Shown here one piece after another: positions 47,592 to 59,700 of a stretch of 64,000 nt of DNA; within the stretch, counting starts at the first letter, position 1, and each line of letters begins with the position of its first letter. The translations under genes were made by a program, and so were the position numbers. The notes below the pieces were generated by a model that searched no databases, was not told the origin of the DNA, and worked only from the letters and a program-made list of their open reading frames with translations. This DNA comes from Tubiluchus corallicola. Its lineage: Eukaryota > Animalia > Priapulida. Where the stretch lies: positions 1-64,000 of the forward strand of contig JAQGDQ010000499.1 of NCBI GenBank assembly GCA_030141605.1, in the 5' to 3' direction.

Positions 47592-50500
47592 CTAAAAATG
47601 ATTGCAAAAATTATGCTCAAGTTACACAATAGAGACAGACTGAAGTCTGGTGAATAATTTACGTCTATCTAGACATTGATTACAAATATTATTCAGTAAC
47701 AACTCACGCAAATTGTTTCACTTGCGCCCTACGAAGCACAGATACCATATCGCAATAGTGTCACATGACACAGAAACAAAAATAGCATGCAGAAAATGCA
47801 TTTTAAGGTTGCAGAGCTAGCAACTAGACACAGAAATGAAATGAAGGGTGCATCTTGTAGCATCGTCACACGATTACGTCATCTAGTTAGTAAAAAGTGT
47901 TCTGAGTTTTATCTCATATCTACTTAGCTTAGATATTATAATTGGCGACGAGAATAAAACTGGATAAGCTAGATCATTATCTACATGAAGAACTAGAGCT
48001 TTTCGTGGAATTAGTCTGGATGTCTAAAACCACATTTTCACAGGACAATATTGTGTATAAAGATTGACTTTTTCGCCAGTAAATTTTCACAGAGAATCAC
48101 ACACGCTGAACAGTGAGTTCGCAGTTGCCTTTGACGTGACATTGATGTTGTGCATTGTTAAGCTTATTGTTTGTACTGTACATGTAGCCTGTGCAGGCGG
48201 TCACAATTTTTTTCGCGATGATCAGAGTAATACGTTTTTAAAGGCAATGGCAACAAATTTGATGCCGTTTCCCTGTTTTGACATTGAAGGTGATCAGTGC
48301 TTGCTAGGACCACGGTGGGAAAAATACATGCAAAGGTTTGAAAATTATTTAACGGCAATGAACATTACAGATGACAACAGGAAGAAAGGGCTGTTACTCC
48401 ATTTCGCCGGTGAAGCAGTACACGACGTTCTTCAGACGCTAGTGAACCCGGATGAAGCTGTGACGTTCTCCTGTTCACTGCACCGATTAGAGATATCTAC
48501 GGTACACTCCGCAGCTGCAGCTTGAATCACTCCAAATCATCTTTGTCAGCATACGGTCAAGCGCGTGCTAATTTGCTGAATACGAGTATCATTGACTCAG
48601 ATAATCACGATACGAGTTTACTTTGGCGATACACATATCGTAATGAAAGATATCACAATGCATCTATGTATCGTTACAGGCCTATTAATAACAACAATTA
48701 CTCTAAAGGATTGTGCTGAGGCCTTGAGAGATCAAATATTCAGATGGACCAACCATCCATATTCACATGGATAGTGCAAGACATTTTATGCAATGCAATT
48801 TTTGCCTTTAATGAATTAGTGAAAACCTTTGCAAATTTTGTGGTGTTACTGCTTATAGAATCTACAAAGTACAGCACATCAGCACAAGGTAATACTGAAA
48901 AGTAGGGATTACATACTGTGTGCCAAGCTGCAAACAAACCTATCAGATGTATGAGTCGTAGAAATATTTGTTAAGAGCACTCAAAAACCAAATTACTGCT
49001 ACAAACACTACGTGTACACCATAGTGATACACAGGAGTGCAATATGGACATCAATAATGACGACGATGACAACAATAACGGCACAAAACACTTGCTGCAA
49101 TACTTACTGCCGTTTCTGCGCCTTTTCTTTTAGTATAGCATGCTTCCTGGTTGCATTTCATGCACACAGCTGTCAACTTAATAACACTTTCCGCCAAAGG
49201 TACTAGATTGAGAATGTTTCCAAAACCCTATAAAAAAACAAAAAAAAACAAATGAAATAAAAAAACAAGCTCACTTACTTTGACAGGTCATTTAGTAAAT
49301 TCCTTTTTAGAGAACCAATCATTAATTCTCTCAGTGTATGACTGCAGGAAACTGGCTGCATGGTTCTACGGCTCAGATAATGTAACAACAAAGCAACCAC
49401 AATGCTACAGAATAACCGACTAGTTCCTAACCTTTCTTTGATACGTCCCGTCCAGTGCAGCTACTATCACTGTTTTGCCAGCGTTTGCCATAAACTCGCT
49501 GAACTCGACTACATCTGGAAACTAATGAAAAACCAATCAGTAAGCGCACGCTACAAGCAAACATGAAGTGTATTCAATACATTTCATCAACACACCTATA
49601 AGTGAATCGATTCACAAACAGAAGCATGAATGATCAATCGACACAACCAGGGTACAGGGATGAATTTAACTTTTGAAATTTGATTAGCATCATCTTGTAA
49701 TCAACTTTTTATTTAATTAGCAATCACCATTTTCTGATTCGCAGTTAGCAGTAAATATTATTTGTAAATATACATATTAGAGGCAAAAAAAACGTGCCAA
49801 AGTTTTTCTCGCTAACACAAGAAAGTGAATACCAATGAAGTGCCATCCAAATTCTGGAAATGTTAATGAATTCATCCTGCGCACTGTTGCACTACAACGA
49901 CCGATCATTTTAATACAAGCACTTTAACAAGTTGCAATAGTTGAAAATAATGAAAAGTTCACTTACAAATTGTCCCTCGTCGATGCCAATAACTTCAAAA
50001 TTCATAGCTTCCTGCTGTAAAGACATCAACTCGACAGCCGACACAGCTGCTAAAGTTTGCCTAAAAACCAAGAGAACCAGTGACGAAATTAGGAAATTTA
50101 GGTAAAACTTATGCAAAACACATTATTACTTATAATTTTGTAGTACGTCATTTTCCACAAAAACTATGCCAGGAAATGAGAGCATTTAGACTGTAATCAA
50201 CAATATTTAGCACACTAGGTCAGTAAGCAAAACAACCTAAATTCATAAAAAATTCAGTTGTTACAAAGAATTAATTGGAAGAAGGGAGTCTATAATAATT
50301 GAATAACATATTCATAACATGTCTGATTAGAAAAACTCATACAAGCCAGACACAGTAAATGCACACCTGTACAGTAAGATGCATGAATAAGACAGCACCA
50401 GTCACAGCCTCATGCTGAAATAAGGTAATCAGTAATAGGTATTATGAGACAATCCCCAGGTGGGTTTATTCTTCATTCACCTTCCTATGTAGTGTTTATA

Positions 50501-52391
50501 TATAAGACGATGGACAATCGATCATCCACTGACCAGAGCCTCTGCCTGAACATCGTTGCAGAGGACTTGACTGTTGGAATCAAAACAACTGGACAACAAA
50601 AGTAGTCTGCTACATTCGTAATCTGGGATAACAAGTCTGCCATACTCTAAAGCTTTTATACAAACCAAATACTCTTAAGACAAATACTGTATTTGTCTTA
50701 AGATTTTCCATAAATGTTATTTGGAATAAAACGAACATGCAAGTTACTAATACTCAGACATACTATAGAGCAGTAGTACTTGAGTGAAAATTTACTTACA
50801 AGTTTATAATACATTTCATCAATTTATGAAATTCTACAAACCTTATTTGCTCTACTTTTACTTCATAAAAAAATCCAAAGAATGATTAAAACACAAAATT
50901 AATACGCTGTTCATTGTTGATGAGTTTCTCAGGTCAAAAGACATATTTTCCATTCTCACGCAGGACATCTGCCACTGTTTGTTGCTGCGGTAACATGTTT
51001 TGATATATCGCAGTATTCACACAAAATTACTAGAGTACTTAAGTACGCATAAGCACCTACAGACAAACGCAGTGACGCACATCCACACACATGTTAATCT
51101 CGACTGCCAAATTTAAAATTTGTCTCTTGCCTAAAAATAATTCATTTGCATAAAAGATACAATTTTCTGCACATTTTTGAATATCATCATTTACTTTAAT
51201 CTGTTTAAAATCAAACAGCATAGTGTGGAATTTTTGCACTTGAAATAAAGTCAGAAAATGCGCCAGTTAAGACAAAATTGTAAACTCACTTGTCGTGCGT
51301 AGCCAGTGTCATCTTCTCATACCTAATGTCGTTTGCATATTTCACCACTAAACAGGTATAATTTGCAATCTGATACCGTTTCATTCTTCGTATCAACTCA
51401 GTACTATAATACAATGACATCAGCAAGATAAGAAAAAATTAAAAAATATCGGTTTGTGCATGTTTTTCCTCAAAAAATGTGAAACTCTATTTACTGGCTT
51501 TACTCATTCATTTTAAAAACTGTCAATTGAAATTATTAGTAACTGTGATGAAAAAAATATCATCACTGATCATCAAAATAAAAAATTAATGTTCAAGGAC
51601 AAATTATAAAACGTTTAAAGGAAACCATGTCACTTGTGCCTTGCGGTGCCAAAACAGACATTAGACCGTGTCTCTCATAGGCCTATGTTACAGGTTCTAG
51701 AAATTTTAAGTGACACACAGCTGATTGTCCGTTTTTTGAATTTGTTCCAATTTGCTAGTCGATACTTACGTTTTCCCAGAGAACATTGGTCCAAAGATAA
51801 CCTAAAAGAGAAAAATATGGATCACAGAACAACTAACTCTTGAAACATATAACTTTAAAAAAAACATGATGACTCTTGAAAGATATAACTTTCAAAAAAA
51901 ACATGATGTAAGTATGTAGGATTTCAACTGGGTGGTTAAGGAATTACAGGTAGCTAATGCATTCTAGACCAACTTACAGTACCAAACAGCCACTTAGTAT
52001 CTAATGCTTTTAATTAAATCAGTTTAGCACTGTCAAATTGTGAAATCAAAACACAGTTAACATTCTTCTGTAAAATTATGCTCTAATTATTAATTATAGC
52101 CTTTATCTAAAAAATAGAGAATAACGACACCAATGGTACATATTTTTCTGTTTACCTTAGAAAAAATTGCAAATACAGGTGTACACATGAAAGGAGAAAA
52201 GTTATTTGCATGTTAAATTTGCCGTAAGTAAAAAATTTGCCTCGCAACGCGTATGGTAATTAATAAAAGTGAAACCCCGATCATGTGGAATGAAAATTGA
52301 AACTGGTGATATATGCTGTTCCGCGTACCTGGATTTGCCCTTTTGTATGATGTTTTGCATGGATTCTTGGTGTATCTACACAGGCCATCAT
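47379..52391 (-). CDS. TK1: Cytosolic thymidine kinase 1, whole gene model (241 aa)
   Basis: complement(join(47379..47591,49108..49227,49432..49521,49967..50060,51290..51403,51770..51801,52329..52391)); 726 nt, all GT-AG, phases match. P-loop [27 protein letters not shown], Zn sites AVCMKC and AVCRQC, lasso EVIGGADKY. Confidence 0.96.
47759..48465 (+). mobile_element. Gypsy (Mag-like) LTR retrotransposon 5' fragment: probable LTR, PBS and gag N-terminus
   Basis: PBS-like TGGCGACGAG at 47943-47952; ATG 48247 [55 protein letters not shown]; LTR start uncertain. Confidence 0.72.
49108..49227 (-). CDS. TK1: TK1 coding exon 6
   Basis: ttatag|[40 protein letters not shown]|gtaagt. Confidence 0.93.
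49432..49521 (-). CDS. TK1: TK1 coding exon 5
   Basis: cattag|[30 protein letters not shown]|gttagg. Confidence 0.93.
49967..50060 (-). CDS. TK1: TK1 coding exon 4
   Basis: ttttag|g [31 protein letters not shown]|gtaagt. Confidence 0.93.
51290..51403 (-). CDS. TK1: TK1 coding exon 3
   Basis: ttatag|t [37 protein letters not shown] aa|gtgagt. Confidence 0.93.
51770..51801 (-). CDS. TK1: TK1 coding exon 2 (32 nt, P-loop)
   Basis: ttttag|[10 protein letters not shown] ac|gtaagt. Confidence 0.93.
52329..52391 (-). CDS. TK1: TK1 first coding exon
   Basis: [21 protein letters not shown]|gtacgc. Confidence 0.88.
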
Positions 52392-52761
52392 TTTGCAATT
52401 TATCTAGAAATATCTAAAAAGTTATCATTTACTTAAACAATTTGTAGCCAATATTAGAATAAAGCGAATAATTTTCACTACTACTATATAGCACTAGTAC
52501 CAGTAGCAGTATACACTTCTGAGCAAATTAATAATAAGAGATTAATAATGACGTTTCACACAAGGAAAAGCGTATAGACTATAAGTTTCAAAAATTATAC
52601 TTTATATTTGTGTCCTAAAGCATAGTACATCCTTCAAAACCTAACAGTCAAGTCCAGTGACCAACGGGAGTTGCATCACAATCTTACTTGTAAACATCAT
52701 ACATGCATAGACGTATACTTGTATGCAAACAATAATTTTTACTATGCGGAAACTTACTTAC

Positions 52762-52930
52762 GGTGGCAGTACTAGGCAAGGAAAACCGTGAAAGACTTGA
52801 CAGCAAATCGGGTTAAATGCGACCACAGCGATGATGAGATTGATTCTTCGTTCAAGCAGTCAGTTGAATTCCCTTTATTGTACAGGCCTTTGATGATTGA
52901 TGATTGATGATTGAAACATCGACTCTTCAA
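52762..52930 (-). other. TK1: Putative non-coding first exon (5'UTR) of TK1
   Basis: Strong donor ACC|GTAAGT at 52762/52761 and acceptor TTCTAG| at 52404, 12 nt before the ATG; lies just downstream of the E2F cluster. Upstream boundary is a guess. Confidence 0.5.
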
Positions 52931-52937
52931 CAGTTGT

Positions 52938-53066
52938 AATTTCGCGCGAAAATTGGAACTGCGCGCAAAATTGCGCACCATTTCATTTCAAATAATTTTA
53001 TTTGCAATAAAGAACCGTGGTTTTTGGTCAGGGTGGTCAGTACTGACGAATGGTCACGCGCCAAAA
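52938..53066. promoter_or_regulatory. E2F-site cluster, likely TK1 promoter
   Basis: Perfect palindrome TTTCGCGCGAAA (52940-52951), GCGCGCAAAA (52961-52970), CGCGCCAAAA (53057-53066; TTTTGGCGCG on -). TK1 is an established E2F target. Confidence 0.75.
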
Positions 53067-53321
53067 GTCATGATAGAAACTAACATTATCCATGCAAAAA
53101 GCCATCTAAATAATTTGAATGCTAAAACGTTATACGTTTTTAGCTGTGAAAGGCAAATTTTAATTATCAAAAATGTATAAAAATTCAAATGTTAATGTCT
53201 TAATGTCTTGTCTTTCCTTACGATCTTAATGTCTTTCTGCTCTTTGCCTGCTTATCGATTTTAAGCACATGACAATGATACTTTTTTACAACTTCTGTGC
53301 CCATTTGTAGGTGCTTATAGG

Positions 53322-53820
53322 CAGGGCCTATTTCAGCTTAAAGAAGCCCGGGGAAGTGAGGCCACCTCGGGGGGTGGGTGGAGGCGCCACCATGGTTATA
53401 CTATATATAGAAAATATGGAGTTATACAGTTTTAAAAGGAAAGAACAATTGAAAGAAAAACTGCTTTATTCTCAAGACCAGTCTTTAACACTTATCAAAT
53501 AGTCAAATGAAAAACAACATCTTTGCAATACGTAATACCGTACTCTCACTTCCGTACAAGCCATCTTCTGACTTTTTGCTTCGCAAAGTTATTAATTAAC
53601 TCGTTAAAATCAAGGCCTTTTTGCTACATCCACATTCATTCGAATAATTGATAGAAGACCGTTTAACCGATCCTGGGTCATCGTCGAATGATTGTCGTTT
53701 TGATATTTTTTAACGCACTGAAAGAGAGTTCACCGAAAAAAGTTACCTCGGTGCGAGGCCCCCATAGAGGGTGAGGCCCCGGGGAAGTATCCCCACTTTC
53801 CTCCTCTGAAATAGGCTCTG
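53322..53820. mobile_element. Non-autonomous hAT element, long copy
   Basis: TIR CAGGGCCTATTTCAG / CTGAAATAGGCTCTG; TSD CTTATAGG / CTTACAGG; minus strand has a frameshifted hATC remnant (ELSFSALKNIK..STMTQDRLNGLL). Confidence 0.85.
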
Positions 53821-56052
53821 CTTACAGGTAAGCCTATTAGATTGAGGCAGTGAAAAAACGAATACTATGAACTAGTGACGACTGACTAGAGCTCCAGAGA
53901 GCATCCTTCACAAAAATAGCGAGAAAATGATCCCATCGTCGCATTAAGGATGGCAAACTAGTCTTAACTGGTTTAACTTGGATTAATTTAAACTTAAGTT
54001 CGAAGCCAATTCAAAATCCTTTTCAAACAATTGAGCTGTTTCTAGTCAGGTGATGTATAGAGTCACATTGTGATCAACATTAAACTGAGTAGTGTCATCA
54101 GCATAGATAACAAGCTTGGAGAACACGGAGCCTGACACGAGACGGGATATTGCAGACCAGTGAGGAATATCAGCATTGATTTCATATGCAAATGTTGACT
54201 ATCATTTATAAATAATTGGTATCAGTGATTAACAACAGCACAATCTCAGTGGGGCAAGAGGAGGAATGCCACACTGCTATGTACGTCAGCGAGAAAATAA
54301 TCACTTTGAAGAGTGCACATATGATTGGCTCACCATTAGCAAACGGTTAATGTGAGGCAATTTCACGTATCAGATTTTTCACCATTGTAGCTCCTGTTCA
54401 CCAGATCTCTGACATTTTCATTCGTCCAATGTTCTGCATATTATGATGACGTCTAACATAATGTCAATCATTTGCGTTGACTACCCAATCAGCGTGCAAG
54501 TTATTTCACACACCCATGCAGCAAGTACGTTCGGGACAGTTAGCTACAGCTCCGTCTAACATGTTACGAAAAATGCTCAACTTTTCATTAGTTAGCGGGA
54601 GAAATATTACCCTCGTTCTAGGTTTAATTATTGTCAATTGAAATTGCAAGTGAATTAGTGGAAATATATATAGTCTAGTTTCGTTTACAGGAAGAAACGC
54701 ACAACGCTTACGTCTATGAGTTGCTGATTAAACCATTTTGCAATCAAGAAAATACACAGTCTAGTTTAGTTTATGGCTTTGCAAGTAAGATAAAAGCAAC
54801 TATATGATTAACTTTAAATAATGACAAAACAAAATGTTTTCCTTTCTGGCCAGTTTTTATAAGCCTCAATGAGATCTTCACAGTCAAAATTATTTCAAAT
54901 GTGGTCAAAACTTATATTATACATCATTGTAATATTAGCTAATTTTACGCTATTTTTCTGGATATAATCAAGGTTAAAAGATACCATTGGGACTTATGTG
55001 ACTCGGGCATTCAATATAAGGGTCGTCTATGGAATGGAACAGTCAAATTTATTCCATTTCCGTAGCCTGGCAAACGAAAAATACAAAAACTTAATAAATT
55101 TTGCAGGCGAGCACATGATTAATTAATATAGAAAAATGCATCGCAGGCTTGATGTTCGTATGTTTAAAGGCAAGAGAGGCTTAATAATTTTGTTTCTCTT
55201 TTTTGTAAAGCAAGGCTAACTGGCTTAGTTTCTTTATTACATTTATGTCTCTGTATTTTGTAGTGCTTTGAAACTTCGTCTCTACATTCTGTTTAAATTG
55301 AAAAGTCATTTTTTGACTACTTGAAGTGTTAATTTCGTGTTAAAATAGCTGCTTCTCTGCAAATTTGTGTTTATGTAAAAGAGCAATCAGTTTATCTGCT
55401 GATTAGACATTAGGTGTGATTGTCATGTTGTTTAGTTTAGTTTAGTTTAGTTTAGCTTAGACAGTTGTTGTCCTGCGTGAGCTGTTGTCCCGAATGCTGC
55501 TGAGCGTGCTTACGTTGCAGCGGGGGCGGAGCGATAGACCAACATGTTTGGTGTCAATTATGTTCTTGATATGACAGAATTAGTGTAGTTTAATTGTAAA
55601 TAGTGCCGTTATTATATTATGAGCTCGAGCACCATTTTACAAAGTTGATACAATGAACTATACAGATTGGTCACAGTGATGATAAAAATATGCGAATTAT
55701 CTGCAAGGTATAAAACTGAAAAGAAGGTAATCGTGGTCGAATGAAGTGGCATGATTATGTCAATCACAAAAGCAATGATAACAACCAAGATAACATTGTC
55801 TTAGGCTTTGGAGTTTACTGGCCTTGCTACCAAAATAATGTAACACAATACAACTGTGTAAAACTGACAAAGTGTTACACTTGCCACTACAGCTTTCTCT
55901 TTTCTTGCACTAGTTGGCCAGGCCTATTAAAGCATTGGTAACGATAATCAGCATCTACTCTCCTCAAAGATTGCACAAAAGCAGAAATACCAATATGAGA
56001 CATCTCAAATTTGCCAATCCCAAACTTTGATTACTAGTCAAGAATCTAACCA

Positions 56053-56160
56053 ATGATGATGATGATTATGATGATGATCATGACGACGACGACGACGATG
56101 ATGATGATGATGATAGTGATGATGATGATAAAGATGACAAAAGTGATTGTAATAATGATG
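56053..56160. repeat. (GAT/GAC)n microsatellite
   Basis: Direct reading; just downstream of the cadherin-like stop codon. Confidence 0.88.
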
Positions 56161-56344
56161 TAATATAGAAAATTTCAAGAAAGAATAATTCTTAACTTAC
56201 ATCAAGTCTGACATGATTATAATTTTTAGTCAGTTATATTTTCAAATAGTTTTAAGTTAAATTTTCAATCTACACGTACATAAATAATTTTGCCATCTAA
56301 CGTCCAGGTGTTAATTTCACTGCATATTTGCCAAGGGTTATTGC

Positions 56345-56753
56345 TCAAGCATGATTTTCTGGTTTGTCTTCTTGATCACTGGTACTCTTACTACTCTCAG
56401 TAACCTTGTTAGTAATATCAGGTGATCTTTTTCCACTAGTCTTTTGGACATCTGGGTTATTTTGTTTAACTGTATCAGACGGCAGCTGAGGTTGCTCGCA
56501 AGTGGAATCTTCTTGCTCTTCTTGATCCTGATCAGCATCTTCTTCGTCCCCTTCCATGAACAAACTCGCTATGTTTGTGGAAGCTGGAATTCTGGGAACC
56601 AGCGAATTTTCTCCTCTCCCGGTTGCCATGGTGACGCTTTTCACTGACTTCTTGTCTGTTTCTGCATTTCCCATTGCTAAATTAGAGGAAACTGAAGCTT
56701 TGGTGGAATTTCTGTTGTTTGTCACAGAGGCGCGTTTTTTCGATTTAATGCAT
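56345..56753 (-). CDS. Cadherin-related terminal exon (cytoplasmic tail)
   Basis: tttcag|a [14 protein letters not shown]...[16 protein letters not shown]...KPENHA*. Confidence 0.72.
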
Positions 56754-59700
56754 CTGAAAAGAAATTTCTAATCAATTACATAGTTGCTTGAAGAAATTCA
56801 TGTTTAAACCCTAAGACGCTCTATAATCATAAGTTATTTTTGAGCTAGTTGTAATTCGTATTTTGTTGAACAAAACTACTATTTTCACTAATTAAATTTA
56901 CAGAAGTTTATAAAACAATATGATAATTTACTCGTGTAAATAAGTCTTGTTCCCACATCTCTTAATTATACACCTTATATATTTTTTACATTTTTCATAG
57001 TAGCTAATGTGTACCTTTTGCAATAGTTTCTTAATAAAGATTCTGATTGCCAAAACTAATACATGCAGTCAGTCCTACATCGTTGGCTTTCCATGATAAA
57101 TTTTGTCGTAAGCTTTTGCCCTGAATTTTAGAAGTGAACAATGATCATTCCACCACAACTGTTGCATGGCCTAGGAGCGCTCCATTGTTCAATAAACAAA
57201 CATTTTCTTTGGAATGTTAAAAGACAGTAGAGATAGTTTTGGAACATTTAAAATGCGTTCTTGTTAGAAAAACAATCTATGACAATATTTTAAAAGTTAG
57301 AATGAAAGCGATTCTACTAATCATCATATTTAAGTAAGATGCTGAGACAGTGGTACCTATTTATTATGCTGTATCGCACGCCAACTAAAATGGCTGCAAA
57401 TTATGTAACAACCTCTTCGTTTAATGAAGACATTATGGCGCATTTATGACGCCTTAAGAAACATCTCTTATTACGAGTACAGACTAAAAAGAATTCGCTA
57501 AATCGTGATCATCAGCTGCCACCGTGTACACTTAAATTAGGCGACAAAAGTTGATGATGTGTCAGCACCCTTTTTGTCACAATTTTTCACGGTTATAATT
57601 TATAGTAAAAATATAACATTAAACAAACTCTCGACATATCAGTGCAGCCTGTACACACGCGATGACAAGCAAGAGCACACCAACTACCATTAATACATGA
57701 GTACTTGCTGAAGACTTTTCGCGGCTTGCAAAAGACGCAACAGATGAACCTGAAAAAAAACAATAAAAACAACAACACTGAGCTTTGAAAATGTTATTTT
57801 TTATTCTCAGTAAATGACTGATGCAGCTAGATTGATAGCATAAAAGCACGATCAGTTTTTGAGATGAGGCAGACAACGTTACTTAAAGCAAAACCGGACC
57901 CAATCTTAGACTGTAGATCAAAACAATCTACTCTTTTTTTAAAATATTGAAAGGAAACGTACTATTTTTTTCAAAAACGAGTTACGTGAAAGAATTATTA
58001 CCACAAAAACACAATTTTTCGTTCGCGCCATTACATGCATTTCGCCATTCAGTAGTTAGACGGGCACTAGCGAAGGCAATTCGGAAAGTTTTTGCACAAA
58101 AACAGGTGCTGTACCACTCAGTTCAGATGCGTTAGTTTGTGACGAACTACACGCGTTCGACAGCTCATGCGCGAGTACAGCTGTAAATTTGAAATCTGAA
58201 TTTTTATCTCAAAACTTGCCTAGTTTTAGTGCAACACACTGAATATCTTACAGTAGCACTGTACTTCAAGTTTCGTTTTCGCAAATACGTGCAACACGCT
58301 CGTGGAATATTTTTGCTGTTGAAAATAATGTTAGTTTGTGATGTCATCAATAGCTGGGCTCCCGTGCCGCTAATTAAGTTTTTAATCTATAATTTAATTA
58401 TCAGAAAATCAGAAACGTTTTTGCAGTATTAATTGTGTTAAAATGTATACTTTTTATCTGATTTGAAAATGGGGTAGTATATGGAAAATCATCTTGTCTT
58501 CCTTTAAACTTGGTACAAATCATTTGTCTCGGTTATTGTATCCTAATCAGTAAAGCTTATGCATCATAGAACACGATTTTTTTTTAAATTGTCAATAGTG
58601 CAAAAATCTGCACGAAAACTGCAAGAAATACGGCATTCAAGCACTCGAGTCAAATTGAAAATGCAGTCAGAGAATGAACTTTCACATATATTGAAGCACC
58701 TTTTTGTTGAAATTATTATTTGTATTATTTGTGCGCTCACTAAACGTACTCACAAAATGACAAAAATATTCAAACGCTTGTTTGAATCGTGCCACGCAGT
58801 GTGTTTTTCCTGTTGCATACAGCAAAAAAGACTGCCAATGTACTGAAATCTTGCATTGGCGTGCTTGGCGGCCTTCGCTTGTTTTCGGCTTTAGCCACCT
58901 TGTGGTGATTTTTGGCCTAATCACGTGATCAATTTCATCTGGGTCATAGGCCTACTGTGAAGTGAAGACGTGTCATGATAAGTTATAAGATATTGTCGTT
59001 ATCTGTTTACAATTGCTCATGATTTGGGGCTAATACGGTATGTATATTATCTAATTACTTTAAGAAACTTAAATTTAGTTTAAAATAACAGTTAGGTATT
59101 AATTAATATGACAGTGCAGTGTATAATTGTGTAAAATTGACTTTTCGCTATTATTATTTTTTGTTATTTTTGGCACTAATTTCTTGTGTTTAGAAGGAAT
59201 GACATGTTTTGGCAAATAAAGAGCAAAGAAGGAGCAAAATTTAATCGAGCTTCGAATTTCGTATTTGAAAGCCCAAACAGCCAATGTTTGGACTTGCGGC
59301 ATATTGTGTAGACCCTGATGGAAATGCACATGCTTGCATTGCCAGCAACCCATTGATGAGCCACTGAATGCACCGACCTCTATGTTGCAAGTCATAAATA
59401 AGCTTTGCTTTTTTGATGCAAGCATTGAGTTAAACAGTGAGTTAAGTGGCGACAGCAGTCAGGGCCTATTTCAGCCTAAGCGAGGCCCGGGGTAGTGGAA
59501 CGTGTGAGGCCCGCTCGGGGGGGGGGGGGGGGGAAGCGCCATCATGGTTGGCGCCCAGAAAATTTTTGAACTGTCAGAGAAGCATTTTCGAAGAGAAAAT
59601 ATGGAGTTATACAGTTGTTAAAGGAAAGAACAATTGAAAGAAAAACTGCTTTATTATCAAGGCCAGTCCTTAATACTTGTCAAATAGTCAAATCACCTCG

